From Lama guanicoe (taxonomy: Eukaryota): a DNA stretch of 64,000 bases. Below the pieces are notes generated by a model. It did not search any database. It was not told the DNA's origin and was given only the letters and a program-made list of their open reading frames with translations. The position numbers and the translations under genes were made by a program. The stretch covers positions 3,116,283-3,180,282 of the forward strand of contig MU053561.1 in assembly GCA_013239625.1 (NCBI GenBank). Direction: 5' to 3'. Of the stretch, positions 1 to 12,785 are shown piece after piece (the stretch's first letter is position 1; each line of letters opens with the position of its first letter).

Positions 1-460
1 AATACTGAACGCCCTTACAAACATTCACACGCTCTGACCTTGTAATTCTACTCATGTGCATATAGCCTAAGGAAATTGGTGTCTAAATACTGAAAGGACT
101 TTGTGCACAAGAATATTTATCACAAAATAATTCATAATGGTGTAACCTTGGAAACCACTTGAATGTTATACACTTGGAAAATGCTCAAGTAAATACTAGC
201 ATATGCACCCAATGAAAAAGTATCTCATCATTAAAAATTATGGTTAGACTCTGTAATATAACAAAAATATTTATGTTATAAAATGGAAATAATGCTTGAT
301 TCACATTAGTAGGTGCATTTTATCACAGCTATATAAAAATATATCCATATACATAGACATAGAATGAAGGGGAAATATATGCAAATGGCAACAATGATTT
401 GCTTGGTGGTAGAATTAGAGAGGCTCTTAAAACCATTTTATTGTTCTAAGTATTTTCAAA
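1..460 (+). mobile_element. Ancient L1 (L1M-type) 3' fragment
   Basis: Degenerate L1 3' motifs (gtaattctactc...ggaaaccacttgaatgt...aaatactagcatatgcacccaatg); AT-rich. Confidence 0.55.
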
Positions 461-479
461 GATGTGATGACTGGAAGGC

Positions 480-1000
480 GTCTGGGCTGCACCATGGTTT
501 TAACCCGGGTGCTTAAGCGGACAGAGCTCTTCTGCCAACCGGTTCCCAGCACGACTCCTGGCACGGGAGGGAGATTCTCTAGGGGCGGCGACCAAGGTCA
601 GGAGGCGGCCGTGGATGCCCCTGGCGAGGGACCCGAGGGCCTGTGGGCCGAGAAGACCCTCTTCTCTCCCCGCTGGCCGAGGCCGGGGTGGATTTGAAAG
701 CCTGGGTGGGCTTCCACGGCCACCGCCACCGCCACCGCCACGGCCGCGGCCAGAGGAGCCGCCGCGAAGCTCCGGGCTCTGCGGCAGGACCCTCGGCGGC
801 CGCCGTAGCGCGGGGCCGAACCCGCGCGTCCGGAGCGCTGCTGGGGCTGCGCCATCGGACCAACCTGGGTGACTCCCGAGCATCCTCGGAGCCTCGGGGC
901 CTTACCTGCCTCACCTGTGAAATGGCTTCCTCCCTCTTGGGCCGTGTGAGGACTGAGCGAGGTAATGCGGATGCAGTAATGAAGTGCGCAGGCCCGATGT
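480..1000. promoter_or_regulatory. Small orphan CpG island ~19 kb beyond the ATP1A1 3' end
   Basis: Dense CpGs and a (GCCACC)-type run at ~718-745; no recognisable coding exon. Confidence 0.7.
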
Positions 1001-1944
1001 GGGCAGCCAGCCTGAAGAGGGGTTTCCTCTGCTTCCTGATAGGGATACTGCGTCCTCGGCACCCCTGGCACTGGCCAGGGCACAGTATGGGCCCTCCAAA
1101 GAGAGCCCAGATCTCCTTACTCGAGAATAAGAATGATGGAGTGCTAAAAAGGATTCAATGAGATTGTATCTAGAGGGGTCAGCCCTGTGGCTGATGCCGA
1201 AATCAATCTGTTTCTCTGCTGCCACTGCCCTTTACAACTGGACGTCGGCAACAGCCTCCTGGGGGATCTCCTCCTCTGTAAGCTGGAGTCAATAGGTGTG
1301 TTGTGAGAATTAAGAGAGAAAATACACATACAGAATCCATTTAATTAGGACCTGGGAAGTGGTAGTAATTCTTTTCTCACTACCCAAGCCCTGCAGTTGG
1401 AAACATACGCTCGTAGCACCTCCTTCTCATGAGTTCAGGTGGGCAGAGAGAAGGCAGATGCTGTGTGGGTTGAGAGAGCAAAGAGGAGCTAGCCATGCCT
1501 AGGCAACCAGCAGTCTTGACCCTCATCAGCGAGTCTGCACTCTGCCCTGCCCTGCCTGCTGTTTGCATTGGCTACACCCATCAGTTCCCACACCTGTTCT
1601 CTGAGGCTGGGAGCTCAATCAGCTTGTCCTGATTGAGCACAGCGAGTACAGCACACACCAATGGCGGTGCCCCTCAAAGTCAGCAGGTGAAGGCCCCACT
1701 CCACCCCCCATCCCCCACCCCTCCGTGACGGAGGCCCTCCGGGTGAGCTTCTTGGAAATAGCCAGCTCAGGGGCCAGCAGAGGTCAGTCCCTCCTCTCCG
1801 CAGGAAACGGATCACTTTATGTAGAGTACTGGAGAAAGGTAAATTGACATGGCATTATTCCATTGTCCAAAGGAAAGGCGTTTCACTTGCATTTAAAGTG
1901 AACTGTAGTCCGGCTACACTTACAGAACCCTTTCTCTTTACAGT

Positions 1945-2140
1945 CATTGTGCTAAGTGCTCTGTAATCTCATTTCATTCTCACAACCTCACCCCACAATG
2001 TTCTGTCTATTTTACATATTGGAAAACTAAAACTCAGAGATTGAGAGAGTTGTTGAAGGTCGCAGCTAGAAAGCAGCGGAGCCAGAATGGGAACTGGGCT
2101 GATCTCAACTTTATACAAACAGTCTGCTCTTCACAACTAC
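1945..2140 (-). mobile_element. MIR SINE
   Basis: Reverse MIR core (ttttacatattggaaaactaaaactcagaga...ggtcgcagctag). Confidence 0.65.
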
Positions 2141-4059
2141 ACTCTTCTAAGTACATACCCATATTTTCTACTTTAAATAAAATGCTTTCTCTGTCTTCAT
2201 GTTCAGGGCCTCTAATAAAGCCTCTTGAAGAACACATTTTCTAGGTTCTCCTCCACCCTCTGAAACCAGGTTTCCTTCACTAGGCTTTTATTCCTTGTAA
2301 GCACATAATACATGCATGCTGAATTTGTAAGCTCAGCACCACACTTAGCAGCCTTTAGTGAGGAAATTCAGCTGCAACCACCTGCTGCCCAGCCGAGTCC
2401 TCAGAGCAAAATCCGGGGGGGCCAGGCCCCTTGGCTCTGCAGTGGCGATGGCATCGTGATGGTGTGGCCTCCCTGGGTCCTGCCTCAGAGGCCTCTCCAT
2501 CCACCTGTTCTAGGGAACGCACTTCCTCTTCCCCACCAGGTATTGGGACAAAATGTCCTATGCTTTCACCTTTAGGTGGCTCCAGATGTTGGATTTAAAA
2601 AAAAAAAATCTGCAGCAGAAATGTGGTTATGAGTCAGGGATGTGTACGTGTGTGCTCGTTTGTGTGTGAAGCCAGTCTCTCAGCATCAGCTAAAAATGTG
2701 AAGCAGCCAGTCTGTGCTGGGAATTGAGGACACCATATGCTTGCATTTTTAGGTCTTCCTCGGGGTTATATAACTGCCCCCCTAAGCCAGGGGGCAGGAG
2801 CAGGGCCAGCCGTGGGAGATGTTTCCAGAGAGGAATGCTGAGGAAGGACTGACCTTGAGAAGTTGGGGAGTTGGCCAGAGCGTGGAATGTTCCCAGCCTT
2901 GGGGCTTAAACAAAAACTGTATTCAGAGGGTGAGGGCTCTGTTGAGAACAAACCCCGTCTGTCTCCCTGCTTTGTCTTGGGGGCTTATCAAGGTGAGCCC
3001 TTCCCCTGTGGGGCACTGCGTATTGAATTCAGAGCTGGGCATAGCTGCCAGAATAGGGCCCTGGTAATCCTCCCAGCCATCTCTAATTAGCAGGCTTCAG
3101 GGCCCACAGTGTCTTGAGGGCGAGGCTGAGGTGAGATAAAAGCTCCAGCCTCATCTGGTCACAGAATAAGGCTGCCGAAAGGCATTGTGGGAGGAGGAGT
3201 GCTGTGGGAGGGGACATAGCCAGTCCACTGAAGGCTTATCAAGGACTCTGTCTGTGGTCATCCTTGAGGGAGGGAGGTATCTGGCCGCTTCCAGCTGGGG
3301 ACCTGGTAGAAAAAACTTGCCGTTCTCCTTGCCCACTATCTTCCTTGACAAATGCTTATTTTTCTTTTGGCCTCAATTCAGAGGGCTGAGACCTAGAGAA
3401 GCGTATTTTAAACTGTGGGTAACTCATTAGTAGCTTGTGTAGTCAATTTAATGGGCCACACCCATCGTTAAGAGAAACAGAACAGACTATCCGAGCACAT
3501 CAGATGTAATAAAGATAACTGCTGTTTCAGTTATGTGTATGAAATGAATTCTCACTGGTGATGGTAGTAAAATAAAAAAATTGAATGCTTAGAGGCTGTA
3601 TCTGTCCTGACCCTTCTCGCTACAAGCATCAGAAACCCTCAGTCTTGTTTAAACAAGAAGGATATTTATTATTTCACTTAAAAGGAAGTCCAGGATACAG
3701 GTTGCACTTTGATATAGGCTCCACTAGGCCACCAAGGATGCCAAGCCTTCATGGTGGGGTTATCCCCAGGCTGGTAGCAAGATGGACGCAGACGTTCCAT
3801 GTTGTATCCAGGGAATGCATGCTCTTGTGTCTCTGAAGAGTGAGGAAATCTAGCTGACTTCGCCTCAGTGGGGAGAATTGGTCACAACTCTAGGTCTAAA
3901 CCTATTCCTGGCAAGAGGAATATGACTCCCATGACTAGAGAGACAGCAGGATATCCCGCTGGAGCTGGAGAGGGGAGGGAAGGGTGGCCACCTGAGCAAA
4001 AGTAGTGTCCTGACCATGGACCAGATGACAGGACGGGCGAAGATGGCTGCAGTGTTGAA

Positions 4060-4960
4060 AAGTGACAAGGGGCCAATATATGGAATGTACAAGAACTTCC
4101 TATAAACCAGGAAAAAAGAGAGCAACCCTAACATAAAAATGGGCAAAAGATACAAACATGTAATTTATAGTAGAGGTAACACTAAAAGCTAACAAACATA
4201 TGACTAAGGACTCAAAATCATTGTTGAGCACCTAAGAAACATGAATTCAAATGAAATTTTATAACTATTAGATTAACAACTAGAAAGCTGAGCAGTTCCA
4301 GTTTGGCAGGATGTAGGGACAAGGGAACCCCATGGGAGCACTGCCAGTGGGCGTGTGGACTGGTGCAGCCCTTCTGGAGGGCAGTCTGGTCTTCTTGGTC
4401 AAATTATGTAAATACATGTACCATGTGACCAGCAATTCTGCTCCCAGGCACGTTCTCACAAAGGCCACCGGAGACATGTGTGAGGGTGTTCCCTGCAACT
4501 TCACTTGTGGTGGAGGGGAGTTGTCCACAGTCCCATGTCCATCCGTGAGAGAAGGAAGAGGTCAAATGTGGGTGCACCAACAGGGCCTTGTGCAGTAGTT
4601 AGAAATGATGGATCAGAGGTGCCCATGGCGACGTGCATGGACCTTAAAAACAATGTATTTTGGAAAAAAGAAATCTACTTGGTGGTTATGAGATTTTAAA
4701 GGTCACTTTCTGTTGGAGATGCATCTTGAAGTATTTCTAGGTGAAATGACATGATGTCTGCAATTTGTCTTAAAATACTCCCTAAATAAAATGAGCATTA
4801 AGGGGGGAAAATAGATGAAACAAAATTGGCAAAATATTGGTAGTTGTTCAAACTAGGTGATGGCTACATGTTATATTATCTTTATTTTGTTAAATTGTCT
4901 ATATCTTTGTTATATCATCTCTACTTCTGTATATCTTAGAGATTTTTCCCAATTAAAGTT
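4060..4960 (+). mobile_element. Ancient L1 (L1ME-type) fragment
   Basis: aaaaatgggcaaaagatacaaac..., gactggtgcagcccttctggagggcagtctgg..., agcaattctgctcccagg. Confidence 0.65.
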
Positions 4961-5922
4961 TAAAACAACACACACACAAAAAAATAGCCATTTGTGGGAA
5001 CCCATTGAAATGAAAAGATACACATTAAAATGGTACCTGTGAGGTAGAAGAAAGGAATGGGAGTTGGACGTGGAGAATAAAAGGGAAAGGAAAATAGAGA
5101 AGATATTTAGTGTCCCATCAGGAAGACCCAGAAAACTCAGGATACCCCCGTGGAGTGTGGGACACATAATGGCAAAAGGGGTGTGTCTTTGCAAACAGCG
5201 GGGTTTGCACAGTGTCTGTGTTTATTTTCTCAGGGAGCCTCCTTCCTACCCCCAAGGCCTTGGTTAGGCTCCTCCTGTGAGCTTCTACAGCACGGGCCGA
5301 GGGTTGTGGGGGAGGTGGGGGGGTCGGGTCCTAGTCTAGCACTTACTCCACGACATCTTAGGACCTGCTGACTGCATGGTCTTCCCCACCAGACTGAGAG
5401 TTACAGGGCATGGAATGTTGTGTTCTGCTCAACAGTGCATCCCCAGCACGTGGCATAGGGTCCACCCTGCTGGGTGAATTCTGTAAGCTCTGTTTATTAA
5501 AAAACAATAGCCAAGGTTCGTTGAGCATTGTCCCATTTTATTCCCACAACAGCTCCGTGAAGTAGGAAATAGTACTTCCCCATTTGATCAAGGAAATGGA
5601 GGATCAGAGAGGTTAAGAAATGTATGCCAAGTCACACAGCAAAAGCACAGCAGGGCAGGATCCAGTCAGACCATCTGTTGTTGGAACCAATATTCTCAGT
5701 CTCTGGACCATACTGTCTCGAGGGAGAGATCGTGGCCACTGGTGTTATGAGGAGAAGTGAACACACTTAAAGCACTTTGAGAGCACCAGCAGACACTCCC
5801 AAACCAAGAGCTAAAGGTGGTGGCACAGGTTCTGGGGTGTAGGTGCTGGTGTGGTTGAGAAGGAAAGGACCTGATCAGGGAGAAGGGAAACCAGGGAAAA
5901 GGGCTTGCTAAAGGCGGTGGCA

Positions 5923-6005
5923 GGGGGAATAGCTCAGTGATAGAGTGCGTGGTTAGCTCGCACGAGGTCCTGGCTTCAATTCCCAGTACCTCCATTTAAA
6001 AAAAA
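5923..6005 (+). mobile_element. tRNA-derived SINE (camelid Vic-1-like)
   Basis: tagctcagtgatagag (A box) ... ggcttcaattcccagtacctcca (B box) plus A tail. Confidence 0.8.
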
Positions 6006-6126
6006 TGAGGTGGTAGTGGGAGGCGAGCATATGATTGCAATCAAACCCAAGAACATCTTCTGGAAATTGCTGTGGGGCTGAAATGGTAGGCCAAGCCCAG
6101 TGTGCCCCTTTTAGGTAGTTTATAAC

Positions 6127-6325
6127 CAGTGCTTCTGATAACCGCTGGGGGTGGTTTTGCCCTCCAGGGGACATTTGGCAATATCTAGGGGGAGAGGGCT
6201 GACTGATGGCATCTCATGAGTAGAGGCCAGGGATGTACTAAACATGCCACGGTGCACAAGACAGACACCCCCCACCAAGAATGAGCCAGCCCTAATATCA
6301 ACAGTGCCGGGGTTGGAAAACCCTG
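6127..6325 (+). mobile_element. MER20 hAT-Charlie DNA transposon remnant
   Basis: cagtgcttct...caggggacatttggcaat...gtagaggccagggatg...ggttggaaaaccctg matches the MER20 consensus as I recall it. Confidence 0.85.
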
Positions 6326-6573
6326 CCCTGAACCTATCAATCACTCTCAACCTATAAGAAAGTTCTAACCATTCACCCCCTCTGCTTCCTACCATCCTCT
6401 CTCAGACTCCAGAAGCTCTAAATTTTGCCCAAGACAGGGTTTGTCAAGAGAAGCCTGAGTGTGGCCTGGGCCTAGGGAGCCTCACATGTTGGTGGCATTT
6501 TCTCTGATGGCTCAATACAGTCCAAGGCTGGTGCACCACACTGTCTTCCCATGCTCTGATACTCGGTCCTAAC

Positions 6574-6770
6574 AAGTGTGTGGGTTAATGTTTAACAGCC
6601 GCCTCTCTGAGAAAACAAGCCCTGGTTTGCAGCATTTGACGATTTCCATGGTGTAAATATTCCAGCCTTGGCCAATTTCCAGCTACTGGTGTGAATTCAG
6701 GGGCTTGCAGAATTCCTGAAAATATATCAATCAAACGAGCTGGTAGAAGCCAGCTCTCACATACCGTTGC
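6574..6770 (-). mobile_element. MER63-like hAT DNA transposon remnant
   Basis: gatttccatggtgtaaatattcc...gcagaattcctgaaaat...agccagctc resembles the reverse MER63 consensus. Confidence 0.6.
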
Positions 6771-6985
6771 TGAGTTAGTTCTCCCTTCAAATCTTCCATA
6801 TCCTCTAGTAAGCTACACAAACGTTGATGGACTGAACCAATGGGCTTACGTAACAAAATAAAATTTTATTTCCCACTCACACTCCAACACGGATATTCCT
6901 GACACAGCAGCTCTCCTACATGACCCTCCTTGCAGCAGCTCGAGACCCAGGCTGCATCTGTCTTGCGACTTACCTTCCTCTAGGG

Positions 6986-7341
6986 CAGTGGCTCTAAAAC
7001 TTCAGCGTGCATCAGAATCAGCTGGAGAGCTGAAAACGTGATTCCCGAGAGATCTGATTCAGCAAGTCCAGGATGGGGTCTGAGAAAGTGCATTTTCTTA
7101 CAAGTTCCCAGGTGATGCTGATGCTGTGGACAGGGGACACATACTGAGAACCAGGCCATCACCACGGGCAATGGTTCTTGACCTTGTCTGCACAGAGGAA
7201 TCACCTGGGGAGCTCTATCCACTCCTGATGGCTGGGTCCCCCTTTCTGAACTCCTAATGTAATTGGTCGAGCAGCGTGGCCATGGAGAGCATTAAAGCTC
7301 CCCAGGCGATTGTATTGTGGGGCCCAGGATGAGGGCCCTGC
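6986..7341 (+). mobile_element. Tandem MER5-type (MER5A then MER5B-like) DNA transposon remnants
   Basis: cagtggctct...catcagaatca...caagttcccaggtgatgctgatgct, followed by caatggttcttgacc...gaatcacctgggga. Confidence 0.75.
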
Positions 7342-7714
7342 TTTGGGGCCTTACTATCGCTGCCTCCACTCACAGGTGGGTGTGGAAAGAGAGTGAGGAC
7401 TTCACGTGGAAGGGTTAATAGGCCTGGCCTGGAAGTGATCCATCTGGTGCACGGCTGCGCCTCGCAGGGCAGGCTGGGAAGTATGGTTTCACTGGGCGCT
7501 CAGGAGGAGAGGGGCATGGTTTGCTGAAAAGCTAGCGAGTTGCTGCCTTACCTACCTACTCCCCGCTGCTATGGAACAAGTATGCCCGGATGGATGCACA
7601 AGTGTCTGGGAGCCGACATGAGCACGTGGAGTTCCTGGCTTTAGGGTGAGTGTTTCCGGGGGAAAACTACCAGTGGCAGCACGGGATGCTTTTCTGTCCA
7701 TAGAGGAAGACAGC

Positions 7715-7915
7715 CTGATGTGGTGGAAAGATTCTGTGCCTACAAGTCTGTGCTCCCTTCCTCAATCACTTTTCACAAGTTACTAATCTCTCCGACCCTC
7801 AGTTTCCCTTCTCTGTAAAGTGGGAATGCTATCTGTCTACTTTGTAGGATTAAATGAAATCAAAGTCCAAAGACAGCGCTGTAGGCATATAGTACAGGTT
7901 CAGTGAATGTTAGTT
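7715..7915 (+). mobile_element. MIR SINE
   Basis: caagttactaatctctccgaccctcagtttcccttctctgtaaagtggg...aggattaaatga. Confidence 0.7.
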
Positions 7916-8744
7916 CCCTTTGTTTTGGAAAATACTGCCCTGTTGGCGCCAGAGATGAGGGCACTGGATCTGCCAAGACCCTGGGCGGCTCCTCCCGCAC
8001 ACGCACGCGCAGTGAGGCACTGGCTGTGCATGTTTGGCTGTTTGTTCTTAGGGACAGAAACCCCCACGGAAGACTTCCGTCGTAACGGATGAAACTACAT
8101 TTCTGGGACAATATTTGGTTGGCAATAGTGTCTTCATATGTCTATTATTTTAGGAAGAAATTAAAACCTTGCTGTCAGTTTTAAGTGGAGCAATTATTTA
8201 TACTACAGAATATTCTGCGCGGTACTGAACAGCCGCCTTACACAGCTCTGTTTTCCTGCGCACAAATGAACTACACCAGGCTGTCCGGAACGCTGGAAAG
8301 GGAGGGATCCCTGCTTTCTCTAGAAGGCAGAGCAGGGAAGGGCAGTGTTAGCACCCCCCACCACTGACAAGAGATCATTCAGGCAGAGCCTGAAGGAAGT
8401 AAGGGGCCTGCCACCCTTTAGCTCACAGCCCTGCCACTAGCCTAATGGCAGAAGCAGCGCTGGCCCGGGATTAGAGCCACCCTGCCTTCACGCTGCCCAA
8501 TTATGCAAACTGCAATTTGGTCACCCAGCAGCTCCTGGGGGCAAATCCATTTGAGTAACTATTTAACAGACTGTGCTTAATTTCCAAGAAACTTTCCATG
8601 ATCTTATGTCTGAACACCAACTCTCACCTTCCCTGTCCTTTATTTTTCATAAAAACACTGCCCTTCTCCGGTTCTTGGCCCCGGCACTAGCCTTCTGCAA
8701 GAAACCAACGCATCCCTAACGCTTGCTTATGTGGGCCAGGTAGA

Positions 8745-8915
8745 AAGTCTTAGGAGTCAGCGTTTGGATCTCAATTGTCTGGGTTTGAGGCAGACTCGCC
8801 GAACTCTGCCACTTCTTAGCTGTGTGACTTCAGGCAAGTTACTCCACTTCTCTGTGCCTCAGTTTTTTCATTTGTAGAATGGTTGTAGTTTAGGATATTG
8901 CCTGGCACAAGGAGC
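8745..8915 (+). mobile_element. MIR SINE
   Basis: ctctgccacttcttagctgtgtgacttcaggcaagttact...gcctcagttttttcatttgtagaatgg. Confidence 0.8.
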
Positions 8916-10082
8916 TATTTCTATCCTGGAAACACCAAGTATGCTTTCTTAGGTTTGGGGACACGTGGAGCACAGGTACAGGGCCAACATGCCTGGGGGC
9001 GAATGTAGGAAGTGAGTCAGGGGCCTTTAATGAAACCTGACAAAGATCCAGGCGCTGTGTCAAGCCCTGTCTGCATTTTGCTTCACTGAATCTTCATAGC
9101 GTCCTCATATGGTAGGAGCGGCAGGTGCCTCCACTTTGCAGACAGAGTTGTGGAGAAAGTCAGTTCCTTGTCCAGATTGCCCATTTAATTAACTGAAGAA
9201 ACGGGCTTCCCAAACCACTGCTGAGACCCCTTCTCTCTAGGCACACCGGCTGCAGGGAACAAAGAAGTAAAAAGAAACCCAGCGCCTGAAACTCTGAGCC
9301 CAAGTACCAGGCAGCCCCACAACCAAGCCTGAGCCCAGCCAGGAGGCACCCTGCTCTGCAGCTCTGCACGCCAGGGTCTGCCTCTGGTGGGGCAGAGAGC
9401 GGGACACCCCCAGCTAAGCCTTGCCTTCTGTTCTCAGCTACCTGAAATTGTGGACAAGTCCCTTTACCTCTTTGCCCTTCTCTTTATTCATTCATTTTGA
9501 CACACTGAGTGATCTTATTTAATATATTTTTTTATTGATGTATAATAGACATAGACCATCCCATTAGTTTCAGGCATACAACATAACGATTCGCTATTTG
9601 TATATGGGGGAAATGATCACAGTAATTCTGGTTTATTTAGACTTACACACAGTTACAGAACTTTTTGTCTTGTGATGAGAACTTTTAAGATACACTGTTT
9701 TAGTAACTTTCAAATAATATGCACTACAATATTATTGATGATAATCTCCATGTTGTACTTTACCTCCTCTTGACTTATTTTATAGCTGGAAGTTTGTACC
9801 TTTTGACCCCCTTCACCAACTTCACCCACTTCACCCCACCCCACCACCTCTGTCAATCATTACTCCATTCTCAGTGTCTATGAGCTGGAGTGTTTTGTTT
9901 TGCTTTCAGATTCCACATATCTTTCACTGGGTAATGTCACTTAGCATAATGCCCTCAAGTTCCATCGTGTTGTTGCAAATGGCAAGAGTCCATTCTTTTT
10001 TTAACAGCTGAGTCATATTCCATTGTGAGTGCAGGTGTCAATGGACACTTAGGCTTTTTCCATATCTCGGCTATTGTAAATA

Positions 10083-10253
10083 CAGTTGACCCTTGAACAA
10101 CATGGGTTTGAACTGTGTGGGTCCACTTACGTGCAGATTTTTTTCACTAAATACGAACTACCGTGTGACACGATCTGTGGTTGGTTGACTTGGTGGATGT
10201 GGAACTATGGCTATACAGGTGCCCCTAAACCCCATGTTGTTCAAGGGTCAGTG
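10083..10253 (+). mobile_element. Tigger2-family MITE nested in L1
   Basis: Terminal inverted repeats cagttgacccttgaacaacatggg / cccatgttgttcaagggtcagtg, inserted at a TA in the L1 motif attgtaaata|gtgctgcgatgaac. Confidence 0.85.
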
Positions 10254-11747
10254 TGGTGCTGCGATGAACAAGGTTGTGCATTTATCTTTTCAATTTAGTG
10301 TTTTCATTTCCTTTGGATAAATACACAGGAGTGGAACTGCTGGATCATATGGTAGTTCAATTCTTTATTTTTTGTGGAAACTCCACACTGTTTTCCATAA
10401 TGACTGCACCAATTTCCATGCCCACCAATAGTGCACAAGGATTTCCTTTTGTCCATGTCCTCACCAACACTTGCTATTGCTTTTCTTTTTGATTTAGCCA
10501 TTCCAACAGGTGTGATGTGATGTCTCATGGTGGTTTTGATTTGCGTTACCCTGATGATTAGTGATGAGCACCTTTTCATATACCTATTGGCCATCTGTTC
10601 TGTCATGTCTGTTCAAGTCCTCTGCCTATTTTATAGTTGGATTGTGGTTTTTGCTATCAAATTGTATGAGTTTTGGACATTAACCCTTTATCAGATATTT
10701 GATTTGCGGATACTTTCTCCCGTTCAGTAGGTTGCTTTCTCATTTTGTTGATGGTTTCCTTTCCTGTGCAAAAAGCCTTTTCGTTTGATGTAGTCCCACT
10801 TGTTTATTTTCAGTTTTGTTGCAAAAGCAAAAGTCTTTGGTGTCAAATCCAAAAAAATCATCACCAAAATTGATGTCAAGAAGCTCACTGCCTGTGATTT
10901 TTTTTGGGGGGGGAGTTTTATGATTTCAGGTCTTATGTTCAGATCTTTAATCTACTTTTAGTTAATTTTTGTGTATAGTTTAAAATAGTAGTCCAGTTTC
11001 ACTCTTTTGTATGTGACTGTTCCGTTTCCCCAACACTATTTATTGAAGAGACTATTCTTTCCCCATCGTATATTCTTGGCTCCTTTGTTGTAAATTAATT
11101 GACCATAAATGCACAGATTTATTTCTGAGCTCTCTGTTCTGTTCCATTGACGTACGTTTCTGTTTTTATGTCCGTTTCATACTATTTACTGTATTACAAA
11201 GGTATAGTAATTAATTTAATTTTGTAATATCATAATTTGTAATCAGGAATTTTTTCTCCTCCAACATTGCTCTTCTTTCTCATGATTCCTTTGGCTGTTC
11301 TGGGTCTTTTTGTGGTTCATGCAAATTTTAAGATTGCTTGTTCTATTTCTGTGGAAAATGCCATTGGAATTTTGATAGGAATTGCATTCAATCTGTAGAT
11401 TGTTTTGGGTAGTATGGACATTTTAACAGTATTGTTTCTTTCAATTCATTAATTTTATCAATGCCATAGTTTTCAGTGTATGGTCTTTTGCCTCCATGGT
11501 TAAGTTTATTCCTAAGTATTTTATTCTTTTTGATACAATTGTAAAAATGATTTTTTCTTCATTTATCTTTCTTGATAGTTTGTTACTACTGTATAGAAAT
11601 GCAACAGGTTTTTTATATATTGATTTTGTATCTGGGATATGTTTTTGCTTTACCATGAAGCTCACACACAACAGCATAAATTTATAACTGTCTATTTTAT
11701 GTTAATAGGAACTTAAGTAGGAATGCATTCTAAAGCTCTACATTTTT

Positions 11748-11885
11748 TTTAAACTTTTTTTATTGAGTTATAGTCATTCTACAATGTTGTGTCAAATTCT
11801 AGTGTAGAGCACAATTTTTCTGTTAAACATGAGCACACATATATTCATCATTACATTTTTTTTTTGCTGTGAGCTACCACAAGAT
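11748..11885 (-). mobile_element. Very short 5'-truncated younger L1 3' end with target-site duplication
   Basis: TSD taaagctctacattttt at 11731-11747 and 11886-11902; body similar to the L1 tail at 12825-12920. Confidence 0.8.
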
Positions 11886-12744
11886 TAAAGCTCTACATTT
11901 TTACTCTCCCCCTCCTACATTTTAAGTTTTTGATGTTACCTTTTACATTTTTTTATCATGTGTCCCCCTTAACTAATTATTGTAGTTATAGTCATTTTAC
12001 TGCCTTTGCCTTTTAACCTTTATACTAGCTTTATAAGTGATTAATCCACCACCTTTACAACATTAGAGTATTCTAAATTTTACCATATGTTTACCTTTAC
12101 CAATGAGATTTACACTTGCATATGTTTTCCTGTTATAGTTGGCACCTTTCATTTTCAGCTTAAAGAACTCCCTTTAACAATTCTTGTAAGGCCAGTTCTG
12201 TGGTAACAAACTCCTTTAGCTTTTTCTCATCTGGAGAGCTCCTTATCTCCTTCAATTCTGAATGACAGCTTTGCTACATAGTATACTCTCGTTTGGAAGC
12301 CTTTTTCTTTCAGCCCTTTGAGTATATCATGCCACTGCCTTCTGGACTTCAGAGTTTCTGCTGAAAAGCCTGCTTGTAGCCTTATGGAAGTTCCCTTGTA
12401 CATAACAAATTGTTTTTCCTGTGATGCTTTTAAGATTCTCTCTTATCTTTAACTTGTATTTTAATTTTAATGTGTCTTGTTGGGGATCACTTTGGGTTCC
12501 TCTTATTTGGAACTCTCTGGTCTTCCAGGATCTGGGTGTCTATTTTCTTCCACAAGTTAGGGAAGTTTTCAGCCATTATTTCTGCAAATATATCCTCTGC
12601 CCCTTTCTCTTTCTCTTCTCCTTCTGAGACTCCTATATGTGAATATTAGGTCACTTGATGTCTTCCCGTAAGTCCCTTAAGCTATCTTCATTTTTTAAGT
12701 TCTCTTTTCTTTTTCCTGCTCTGGTTGGGTGAGTTCCACTGTCC

Positions 12745-12785
12745 TGTATGTATGTATGTATGTATGTATGTATGTATGTATGTAT
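12745..12785. repeat. (TGTA)n microsatellite derived from the L1 tail
   Basis: About 10 tandem TGTA units seen directly. Confidence 0.95.

Noticed and set aside
464..1161. Several overlapping ORFs (up to 172 aa, with an HRHRHRH tract) in the left CpG island
   Set aside because: They occur in most frames, as expected of GC-rich DNA. The periodic peptides come from the GCCACC repeat, and part overlaps a MIR-like segment.
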